Positions 47,812 through 56,328 of a DNA stretch of 64,000 bases are shown here, one piece after another. Source of the DNA: an uncultured Verrucomicrobia subdivision 3 bacterium (GTDB taxonomy: Bacteria > Verrucomicrobiota > Verrucomicrobiia > Limisphaerales > UBA11358); NCBI GenBank assembly GCA_903835255.1, contig CAILMI010000026.1, positions 2,740-66,739 of the forward strand. Reading direction: 5' to 3'. The stretch's first letter is position 1. The number at the start of each line of letters is the position of its first letter. Position numbers and translations under genes: made by a program. The notes under the pieces were generated by a model, which had not been told where the DNA came from, did no database searches, and was given only the letters and a program-made list of their open reading frames with translations.

Positions 47812-48224
47812 GCCGCAATTTAGAAAAAAAGGCGCCCCCTGTCAGGGAAAAACTGTTTTTTCGGGACCCCAGTTTTTAGGGGTGCGATCGCGAGGAAGAT
47901 GCGCTAGGCGACGCCATCGGGCGGCACAAAATCATATTTAAACGCGCCGCTGGTCGCCACCAGGCTGATCAAGCCTATTGCCCAGACGCGTTTCTCTGCC
48001 AAATTGCGCTTATTAAAATAGTCTCGCTCGATTCGAAAAAATCATTTTTAGACCACTGCGACCGGCTGATGAGACTTCTGTCAAACATCAAGCTTTACGC
48101 TGGCGCGCTCGCGGCCCGCTGGGAAATACTAATTTTGCAACTGGCGGCCTCATTAATCTCTGCTAATCGATATTTTCCAGTGCGAATATTACCCTTCAGG
48201 ATGCTTAATCCGGTTGCGTAACCC

Positions 48225-49538
48225 GTGCCATTGGTGAAAAATTACGAGGTGAAACAAAACAAAACGGGGCTAGCGGCCTCGCCGCCAGCAAATCGCATCA
48301 TGGTGTTGGGTGTCGGCTCGTTCGCGCACAGCATCGGGCGGGCGCTGGCGGACACCGGCGCGGATGTTTCAACGTATCTCACGCGTAATTATGGTCATTT
48401 TGCACCGTCGCTTGTCGGCAAAACTTTTTCGCACGAGACGTTTCCGAGCCCAGTGCCGCTCTTGAGCAAAAACAAAACGGATGTGGCCATCCCGCAGTCC
48501 ATTGACTGGGCGATGCAGCCGTGGGCGAAAAATATGGTGGAATCGGGTGTTGGCATTTTTAGCCCAACCGGGGAGGCGATGAGGATTGAACGCGAACGCG
48601 ATTTTGCGCGCGAACTTTGCGCGCGCTTCAAGATTCCATTTCCAAAATCCTTCGTTGCGTCTAACCGCATCGAAGCCGAGAAAGTCCTCGAAAAAAATCC
48701 GCAGCCATTCGTCATCAAGAATCCGCTCTGCTCGCCGACCAGCCCGGTTCATACAATTTTGTGTGAAACGGTGTCCGACACGCGCGCCTGGCTTCGGCAG
48801 GTGAATTATGCCGAGGGCGTTTTTTTGCAGGAATATCTCGGTCGTGCCGAGGCCGGGCACATTGCACTCGTCAGCGGCGGCGAAATCCATTCGCTCGTGA
48901 CAAACCAGGAATATAAATACGCCTTCAACGGCAACATGGGCATCGTCGCCGGCGCGCCGCTCGGAGGACTGATCGAACGCGACGAAAACGACAAATACGG
49001 CCTGGCGCGGGAATTGATTCATCCGCTGATGCCTTGGCTGCGCGAAGCCCAGTACCATGGGCCGCTCCAAGTGACCGCCATCAAACGGGGCGGCAAATGG
49101 CACGTCATCGAATACAACATCCGCATCGGCATCACTTCCGGCCCGATGATTTTGCGGATGCTAAAAAAGCCGGCGGAAATTATTTTGCGGACGGCGCGGA
49201 ACGAAAAATTAAAGCTGGAGTTCAAAAATAAATTGAACTTCGGCTGCTCGCTCACGCTGGCCGGTTATGGCTATCCGTTCACGCAGGTGCGCGGGCCGCA
49301 GCTGCCGCTGGAGGTGAACGGCAAATTCGACTGCGACGTGTGGTGGAACGAGGTTGCGCGCGGCGCGGACGGCAAACTCATGACCACCGGCCACCGCATC
49401 GCCGATGTGAGCGCGCTGGCGCCAACTCTCAAAACCGCGATCGCCAAAGCTTACGCCAACATCCGTAAAATCCGGGTCGCGGGCAGTTATTTCCGCACGG
49501 ATGTCGGCCAGAGCTTATGGCCGCCGGGTACAGTTTGA
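48225..49538 (+). CDS. PurD (GAR synthetase)-like ATP-grasp ligase, divergent paralog
   Basis: IEYNIRIG, GYGYP, TTGHRI...AYANI....YFRTDVG resemble the PurD C-terminus; PurD GREHA and KADGLAAGKGV motifs absent; start uncertain. Confidence 0.7.
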   Translation: MPLVKNYEVKQNKTGLAASPPANRIMVLGVGSFAHSIGRALADTGADVSTYLTRNYGHFAPSLVGKTFSHETFPSPVPLLSKNKTDVAIPQSIDWAMQPWAKNMVESGVGIFSPTGEAMRIERERDFARELCARFKIPFPKSFVASNRIEAEKVLEKNPQPFVIKNPLCSPTSPVHTILCETVSDTRAWLRQVNYAEGVFLQEYLGRAEAGHIALVSGGEIHSLVTNQEYKYAFNGNMGIVAGAPLGGLIERDENDKYGLARELIHPLMPWLREAQYHGPLQVTAIKRGGKWHVIEYNIRIGITSGPMILRMLKKPAEIILRTARNEKLKLEFKNKLNFGCSLTLAGYGYPFTQVRGPQLPLEVNGKFDCDVWWNEVARGADGKLMTTGHRIADVSALAPTLKTAIAKAYANIRKIRVAGSYFRTDVGQSLWPPGTV

Positions 49539-49543
49539 TTTTC

Positions 49544-49624
49544 AACCATGGAGGGACACGGATCAATGCGATTCCGTTTCGATGCGCTTTCAAAATCTGT
49601 GTCCCTAGGCGTCCTTCCATGGTT
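49544..49624. repeat. Miniature inverted-repeat element
   Basis: AACCATGGAGGGACACGGAT ... ATCTGTGTCCCT..CCATGGTT terminal inverted repeats. Confidence 0.7.
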
Positions 49625-49639
49625 TAATTTGTTCGTTCG

Positions 49640-50791
49640 ATGAAATTGGATTCTGAAAATTTTCCGCTGCGGCCGGCGTGGACTGAGATTGACCTCGGTA
49701 AGCTGCGCCGCAACCTGCAACTCATCCGCAGCGACCTGCCGCGCGGGGTGAAACTGCTCGCCGTCGTGAAAGACGAGGCCTATGGCCATGGCGCCCTCGA
49801 CGTCGCGCGCGTCGCGGTCGAGGAAGGCGCATGGGGCTTTTGCTTGAGCACGCTCGAGGAGGCGATGCTCCTGCGGGAAGGCGGCATCACCGCGCCGCTG
49901 CTGCTTCTCGGCGAACGGCAGGAGGCCGAACTCGAATGGTGCGTCGCGCACCACCTGACGGTTTGCGTGAACGAATTGCACACCGTCCGCAGGCTGGCGA
50001 AAATAGCAGCGGCGTTTGGCAAACAGGTTCCGGTACACGTTAAAATCCACACCGGCATGAGCCGTTACGGCGTGCGCTGGGAAGAGGCGCTGCCGCTCAT
50101 CGAAACAATTGTCGCCGAAAAATCCTTATTGCTCGAAGGCGTGATGACGCATTTCTCGCAGTCGGACGAAGCGGAGAAGAATTTTGCGAACCTTCAATTC
50201 GCGCGGTTCAGCGAAGTGCTGCGCGCGATGGAGCAAAAAGGGATTTCCGTTAAGCTCCGTCACACCTGCAACAGCGGCGGCTTCCTGGATTTGCCTCAGG
50301 CGCATCTGGACATGGTGCGCGTGGGCATTTTGCTTTACGGTGTTTTCCCCTCGCAGGTCTGTCGGAAAATTGAAGGCATCGAACCGGTGATGTCGGTGAA
50401 GGCGAAAATTGCGGCGATCCAAAAACTGAAACCCGGCGAAGTTGTCGGCTACGGGATGCATTACACTGCGCCGTCCGAGCGGCGCATCGCGATTCTTCCT
50501 ATCGGCTACGGCGACGGTTTTCCCCGCGTGCGCAACGAGGGATGCGCGCTCATCCACGGCAGGCGCGCCCCGATCATCGGCGGCATCGCGATGGACGCGC
50601 TGATGGTGGATATCACGGACATTCCGCAGGCGCAGATGTGGGACGAGTCCGTGCTGATGGGCCCGCAAGGCGCCCACGAAATCACCGTGCGCGACATTGC
50701 CAAGCTGAAAAAATCTGTGACATACGACGTGCTGACCAACTGGCGGCTGCGGCTGCGGCGCAAGGCGGTAAACGGTTCAACCACGAATTGA
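49640..50791 (+). CDS. alr: Alanine racemase family protein
   Basis: PLP Lys in AVVKDEAYGHG, KIHTGMSRYG, catalytic Tyr in VGYG, PIGYGDG. Confidence 0.88.
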   Translation: MKLDSENFPLRPAWTEIDLGKLRRNLQLIRSDLPRGVKLLAVVKDEAYGHGALDVARVAVEEGAWGFCLSTLEEAMLLREGGITAPLLLLGERQEAELEWCVAHHLTVCVNELHTVRRLAKIAAAFGKQVPVHVKIHTGMSRYGVRWEEALPLIETIVAEKSLLLEGVMTHFSQSDEAEKNFANLQFARFSEVLRAMEQKGISVKLRHTCNSGGFLDLPQAHLDMVRVGILLYGVFPSQVCRKIEGIEPVMSVKAKIAAIQKLKPGEVVGYGMHYTAPSERRIAILPIGYGDGFPRVRNEGCALIHGRRAPIIGGIAMDALMVDITDIPQAQMWDESVLMGPQGAHEITVRDIAKLKKSVTYDVLTNWRLRLRRKAVNGSTTN

Positions 50792-50854
50792 CACGAACAG
50801 AAACTGTGCCCGCATGATTTGCGGTGCATTGGCGAACTTTCGCGGCTCATTAAA

Positions 50855-51658
50855 ATGAAACTCCTTTTCTCTGAACAAAACTCCGATTACGAGAACTACC
50901 AGTTCCCGTATGCGATCTGGGCCGTTCCCGAACCGGATGAGACGCCAGCGGATATTTTCAACGCCGGATTCCTGCCGTCTTCCCGCAATCTGGACCGGTT
51001 TTATTTGTGTCGCCATGTGCGAGTGAACCTGGCGAAGTTCAAGCCGTCGTCCGAAAATCGCCGCATCCTGCGCAAGGGCGCGGAGATTGAGGTGAAGCTC
51101 GTGGCGCGCGACAAATTCGATTACACGCCGGAACGCCGCCAGTTTTTCAAGACCTACGCCGACATCAAGTTTGGCAAGGACGTGATGACCTACGAGCGTC
51201 TCGACGGGCTGTTCGGCGCGCCGATTATTTCGCATCTGCTCGTATTTACCGATACGGCGAACGGCAAGGAAGTTGGCGTGGCCATGCTGTATCTGGAAGG
51301 CAAGGCGCTGGCGTTTTATTACTATGCTTTCTACGACCTAAATTATTATTCACGAAACCTCGGCATGTTCATGATGACCTCGGCGGTGGCGCTCTTTGCC
51401 GAGCAGGGCAGGGAATTTTTTTATCTGGGCACCTGCTACTCCGACGCGGCGCTTTACAAGACGCAATTTGCCGGCGCGGAATTTTTTAACGGTTTCCGGT
51501 GGTCTTCCAATCTAAAAGAGCTGAAATACATTTTGTGCCGTGACAAAAAAGATTTGCGGCAGCATCTCCTTGAAACCGAGGATTATCGCAAAGAATTTTA
51601 CGGCGGCGATCTTGTCAAAATGACTACCGGAAGCCTGTTTTCAGTCAAGCTGCAGTAG
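50855..51658 (+). CDS. Aminoacyl-tRNA-protein transferase-like (ATE/Bpt fold)
   Basis: R.NL.KFKPSSENRRILRK (ATE_N-like) and YAFYDL....NLG....YLG......YK (ATE_C-like); ATG 50855. Confidence 0.65.
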   Translation: MKLLFSEQNSDYENYQFPYAIWAVPEPDETPADIFNAGFLPSSRNLDRFYLCRHVRVNLAKFKPSSENRRILRKGAEIEVKLVARDKFDYTPERRQFFKTYADIKFGKDVMTYERLDGLFGAPIISHLLVFTDTANGKEVGVAMLYLEGKALAFYYYAFYDLNYYSRNLGMFMMTSAVALFAEQGREFFYLGTCYSDAALYKTQFAGAEFFNGFRWSSNLKELKYILCRDKKDLRQHLLETEDYRKEFYGGDLVKMTTGSLFSVKLQ

Positions 51659-51664
51659 GCGGTT

Positions 51665-52270
51665 TTATCGCGGTCTCACTTGGACGCCCAGCTTCTTTCC
51701 GTCGGTGGCGAATGAGAGGGCTCCCCGATCCAACGCGCCTTCAAACAGGTCGGAGGCGATCAGCAGATTCCCCTCCAAATGCAGGAAATCCCCAGTTCCG
51801 CCAGATGCGCAGCCGCGCGAATCATCACGCTGACTTCGAGCATGCATCCGATCATCGTCTGCAAGCCCGCGTGGCCGCGCCATCTAGGCTCAGCGCGCAC
51901 TTGGCGCTGACGGGAATATCCGGCACGGCTTCGAGATCCGCCATGCTGCCGGGAACATTGCTAAATTTTCCCAAGGTCTAGCTGCGGCAGAAAACTGAGA
52001 AGGCCGTGAGCCGATTTGCCCTACAGGCTGGCCGGCGCGGTCTCGCCGATGGCTGGCAGGCCTAACGCCCGCAGCGGCGAGCTCCACATTCACCGTGCGG
52101 TGAATACCGGAGCCTTGGGAGCTGGCGGTTTTTTGGGGTGGGGCAAGGTTCTGCTCGGACAGGCTTGCGTTCCATTTTACCGGGGAATTCAATAGATTCC
52201 ATCCCGTTTGAAATGCGATTGGAACAATTACGTCCCACCCTGAATTGGCTCTACGCTGTCGGCGTGGCAC
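51665..52270 (-). pseudogene. Decayed L-Ala-D/L-Glu (dipeptide) epimerase, enolase superfamily
   Basis: HAGLQTMIGCMLEVSVMIRAAAHLAEL (frame A) continues after a frameshift near 51790 into DFLHLEGNLLIASDLFEG (frame B); weaker relics ANSGW (~52240) and EQ (~52150); 5' limit approximate. Confidence 0.7.
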
Positions 52271-52533
52271 TCGGCAACATGTCGCTGCACCGCAGTCGCC
52301 ACGTCGCCGAAAAAATAGGATTCCAATCACGGCCAATCAAAATTTTATCGGTAGCCCATCCCTGATTTAGGCGTCGCCGATGGGAAAACAAAACGGAACC
52401 GAACGCGGTACTTTTTCATTTCTTGGCGCTGGGTTTCATGACGTTTTCTGGCGGACATGGCCAAAAAATTGGAAATAGCCAATAAAAACAATGGGGAATC
52501 AATCCAACAAGGGGAGCCATTTCAGGCAGAAGA

Positions 52534-52608
52534 TGGTGCGCGATGGAGGGTTTGAACCTCCGACCCCTACCGTGTCAAGGTAATGCTCTACCACTGAGCT
52601 AACCGCGC
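52534..52608 (-). tRNA. tRNA-Val (GAC)
   Basis: Full cloverleaf: acceptor GCGCGGT/ATCGCGC, anticodon loop TTGACAC, T loop TTCAAAC, encoded CCA. Confidence 0.97.
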
Positions 52609-52949
52609 AACTACACCGACTTTTTAAAAATCGATAATTGATTTTAAAAAACCGGCCCAAATACTCTCAAAAAAAGTCCCGCAGCGCAATTTCATTTTCG
52701 AGGACGGGGATAGATTCAAAGCCGGTCACCCCAGAAAACACCACCGAACGGCATCGGGGGAGACGGCTGGGGATCCCGCATCACCCGCCCGGACCACGCT
52801 TTTGAAGCGGTTTAACGGCGACGGGAGCGGAACCTGGATCCGCACCTGCCCCCGGCGTCCGGTGCATTTTTTTCAAGGTACTCTGCAAAAGAACATGGCG
52901 ATTTCGGCGCCGTTTTTGATAATGTCTTCAGCGCATAAGCAACAACACC

Positions 52950-54212
52950 ATGAACCACTATCTTTCTCTGGGGAAATTTTCCTTTGGCATGGGCGACCGT
53001 TTTGGCCAGCAAGGCCGTGCGCAGCTGCGGGCCTGCGTGCTCGCCACCGAACTGGGCGCCCATTTCGTGCCAGTCTGGAACAAATCCAACCGCGAGCATT
53101 CCTTCATCGGCACCGAGCCGTCCAGCTTGCGCGCCGAGGCCGATGCGGCCGTGCAGGCGCTTGGCTGGAAAAGCCCCTATCACGTGGACGCCGATCACAT
53201 CCGCCTAGAGACGGTGGATCGCTTCATCGCGCCCTCGGATTTTTTCACGATTGATGTGGCGGATAGCATCGGCAAGCCGGCCGCCGCCGCCGATGTGAAG
53301 GCGTTTGTGGACCGTCACCCCGAACTCATCGGCACCGTGTCCATCCCGCATATCGACCAGCCTTTTGCCATTTCCCGCGCCGAAGTGGAGCGGGTGGCCA
53401 ACAAATTCCTGCTGGCCGTTCAGGATGCGGGGAAGATCTACCAGCACATCGTCCGGGCCAAGGGCGCGGAGCACTTCATCACCGAAGTTTCCATGGACGA
53501 AACGGACAGCCCGCAGACCCCGCCGGAGCTGCTGATCATCCTGGCGGCGATCGCCGACCAGAAAATCCCCCTGCAGACCATTGCCCCCAAATTCACCGGC
53601 CGTTTTAACAAGGGCGTGGACTACGTGGGGGATGTGAAACAATTCGAGAAGGAATTCAACGAGGACCTCGCCGTCATCGCCTATGCCATCCAAAAATACG
53701 GCCTGCCGCCGTCGCTGAAGCTGAGCGTCCACTCCGGCAGCGACAAATTTTCCATATACGAGCCGATGCGCCGCGCCCTGAAGAAGTTTGATGCGGGGGT
53801 GCACATCAAGACGGCGGGCACGACCTGGCTGGAGGAGATCATCGGGCTGGCGGAAGCGGGCGGGGATGGCCTGGAGATCGCAAAGGAAATCTACGCCTAC
53901 GCGCGGGAGCATGTGGATGAATTCTGCGCGCCTTACGCCAGCGTGATTGACATCAATCCGGCGCAGCTGCCGACGGCGGCGGTGGTAAATGCATGGAGTT
54001 CGGAGCAATTTGTTTCCGCGCTCCGGCACGACCGGAAAAACCCAGGATACAACCCGAGCTTCCGTCAGTTGCTGCATGTGAGCTTCAAGGTGGCGGCGAA
54101 AAAAGGCGACCGCTATCTGAAGGCGCTCAAAAATCACGAGGCAGTTGTGGCCCGGAACGTCACTGAAAACCTGTTTGAGCGGCACATGAAACCCCTGCTG
54201 CTCGGCTCCTAA
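52950..54212 (+). CDS. uxaE: Tagaturonate/fructuronate epimerase (UxaE family)
   Basis: SFGMGDRF, YHVDADHI, EVSMDET, KLSVHSGSDKF, HIKTAGTTWLE; next to uxaC. Confidence 0.85.
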   Translation: MNHYLSLGKFSFGMGDRFGQQGRAQLRACVLATELGAHFVPVWNKSNREHSFIGTEPSSLRAEADAAVQALGWKSPYHVDADHIRLETVDRFIAPSDFFTIDVADSIGKPAAAADVKAFVDRHPELIGTVSIPHIDQPFAISRAEVERVANKFLLAVQDAGKIYQHIVRAKGAEHFITEVSMDETDSPQTPPELLIILAAIADQKIPLQTIAPKFTGRFNKGVDYVGDVKQFEKEFNEDLAVIAYAIQKYGLPPSLKLSVHSGSDKFSIYEPMRRALKKFDAGVHIKTAGTTWLEEIIGLAEAGGDGLEIAKEIYAYAREHVDEFCAPYASVIDINPAQLPTAAVVNAWSSEQFVSALRHDRKNPGYNPSFRQLLHVSFKVAAKKGDRYLKALKNHEAVVARNVTENLFERHMKPLLLGS

Positions 54213-54216
54213 TTTT

Positions 54217-55650
54217 ATGCCCTACATTCACGAGGATTTTCTGTTAAGCACTCCGGCCGCGCGCCGGCTCTACCACAAGTACGCCGAAGCCGAGCCGATT
54301 TTTGATTATCACTGTCATATTCCTCCCCAGGACATTGCCAGCAACCGCCGGTTTAAGAACCTGTTTGAGATCTGGCTGGAGGGCGATCATTACAAGTGGC
54401 GGGCGATGCGCAGCGACGGGGTGGCGGAAAAATTCTGCACCGGGTCAGCCACGCCGCACGACAAGTTTCTCGCCTGGGCCAGGACCGTGCCGCAGACCCT
54501 GCGCAACCCGCTGTATCACTGGACCCATCTCGAGCTCAAACGCTATTTTGGCATCACGGACCTTCTGGATGAAACCACGGCCGAAACAATCTGGCAGCGG
54601 GCGAACGAGCAGCTGGCCACCCCCGCACTCACCACCCAGGGCATCCTTAAGAAATTCAAGGTCAAGGTCGTCTGCACGACGGATGATCCGGTGGACACCC
54701 TAGAACATCACCGCGCCTTTGCGGCCCAGGGTCACCCGACCCGCATGCTGCCGGCATTCCGGCCGGACCGGGCGCTCATTGTGAATGCCCCCGCCGCCTT
54801 CAACCGGTGGGTGGAGCAGCTGTCTGCCGCCGCAAATGTGGACATCAACAGCTTTGGCGCCTTCACTCTGGCGCTGGAGAAGCGCCATGCCTTTTTCCAT
54901 TCGCAGGGCTGCCGGTTATCCGACCATGGATTGAACCATTGCCATGCCGATTTCTGTACAGAGAAGGTGGCCGCCGGCATTTTCGACAAGGCCCGCCGCG
55001 GCGGGCAGGTGACGCCGGAGGAACACTCCCAGTTCGCCTCGTTTATGATGGTGCTGTTTGGGCAGCTCGACGCGAAGCGAGGCTGGACCAAGCAGCTGCA
55101 TCTCGGGGCACTGCGCAGCAACAACAGCCGGCTGCTCAAGCAGATCGGCCCGGACACGGGCTTTGATTCGATTGGGGATTTCCCTCAGGCGCAAACGCTC
55201 GCCGCTTATCTCAACCGGCTGGACTCCGAAAACACCCTGCCCAAGACGGTCATTTACAACCTGAATCCGGCGGACAACTACGTCTTCGCCTCGATGATCG
55301 GGAATTTTCAGGATGGCACCTCCGCCGGCAAAATCCAGTATGGGTCCGGCTGGTGGTTTCTCGACCAGAAAGAAGGCATGGAGATGCAGATCAATGCGCT
55401 GTCCAACCTCGGCCTGCTGGCCCGATTCATCGGCATGATCACCGACTCGCGCTCGTTCATGAGCTATCCGCGACATGAATATTTCCGGCGGACGCTGTGC
55501 AATCTGGTCGGCCGCGACATTGCGAACGGCGAGATTCCCGACGATGAAAAGCTGGTCGGCCCGATGATCCGGAACATCTGCTATGCCAACGCAAAGCAGT
55601 ACATGGCTTTTCCCGGCATGGACGACCCCGCGCCCAAAAAGAAAAAATAA
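54217..55650 (+). CDS. uxaC: Uronate (glucuronate) isomerase
   Basis: IFDYHCH, GDHYKWRAMR, GSGWWFLDQ, TDSRSFMSYPRHEYFRR. Confidence 0.97.
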   Translation: MPYIHEDFLLSTPAARRLYHKYAEAEPIFDYHCHIPPQDIASNRRFKNLFEIWLEGDHYKWRAMRSDGVAEKFCTGSATPHDKFLAWARTVPQTLRNPLYHWTHLELKRYFGITDLLDETTAETIWQRANEQLATPALTTQGILKKFKVKVVCTTDDPVDTLEHHRAFAAQGHPTRMLPAFRPDRALIVNAPAAFNRWVEQLSAAANVDINSFGAFTLALEKRHAFFHSQGCRLSDHGLNHCHADFCTEKVAAGIFDKARRGGQVTPEEHSQFASFMMVLFGQLDAKRGWTKQLHLGALRSNNSRLLKQIGPDTGFDSIGDFPQAQTLAAYLNRLDSENTLPKTVIYNLNPADNYVFASMIGNFQDGTSAGKIQYGSGWWFLDQKEGMEMQINALSNLGLLARFIGMITDSRSFMSYPRHEYFRRTLCNLVGRDIANGEIPDDEKLVGPMIRNICYANAKQYMAFPGMDDPAPKKKK

Positions 55651-55716
55651 TCACGAGTCCGGCACTTAAAAAACCGGGGCACCGGCGCGGTTTTGCCGGC
55701 CCGCCCAGAATCCACC

Positions 55717-56232
55717 ATGAGCCGTCGCCTCTTCCTTTTTTTGTCCCTGGCATTGCCGCTGGGTGCGGCGACCTTTAGCGTGCGAGACTTCGGCGCCTCC
55801 GGCGACGGCAAATCCATGGATACGGCGTCGATCCAAAAGGCGCTGGACGCCCGCCAGCCCGCCGGCGGCACGGTGCTCTTCCCGCCCGGCACCTATTTGA
55901 GCCAGCCGCTGACGCTTCGCACCCGGACCACGGTGCTGCTGGATCCCGGCGCCACATTGCTGGCCAGCACGAACCAGGCACATTTCATGAAGGTGCCCGG
56001 CGACTGGCTGGCGGCGAAAAGCGGCAGTGATTTCATCCCATTTCTGGGCGGCAAGGATCTGGAGGAAGTCCGTTTGACCGGCGGCGGCGTGATTGACGGG
56101 AATGGCGCGGCCTGGTGGGGCGAGGCGGAAAAAGCGCGCCAGAAAAAAACCGGCTACACCCTGCCCCGGCCGAACCTGGTCGTCCTCGAGAACTCGCAGG
56201 TGACGGGCCTGGACCCAAAACAATCCCCGTGA
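55717..56232 (+). pseudogene. Truncated GH28 / pectate-lyase-fold glycoside hydrolase (N-terminal part only)
   Basis: Signal peptide, VRDFGASGDG, PPGTYLS, GGGVIDGNG, RP; stops before the catalytic NxD/DD/GHG/RxK motifs. Confidence 0.7.
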
Positions 56233-56328
56233 GCCTCGGCTCACAAATCACCAACAGATTTACAGACAGACTCGCTAAAAATCCGCGGCAATCCTCACAG
56301 CAGACAAACACAGCAGACAATTCATCCC

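Noticed and set aside
47900-47930. Possible fluoride riboswitch (GATGGCGTCGCC on the minus strand)
   Set aside because: The first helix does not pair and the downstream CTRATG element is absent at the right spacing
48066-48086. Hammerhead-ribozyme-like CTGATGA-GAC-TTCT-GTC-AAAC
   Set aside because: The essential G of GAAA is missing, and I found no complementary stems I/III or NUH cleavage site nearby
44330-52533. Classical tRNA-integrated island with attL/attR
   Set aside because: No duplicate of the tRNA-Val 3' end was found on the far side and there is no integrase; only adjacency and composition support foreign origin
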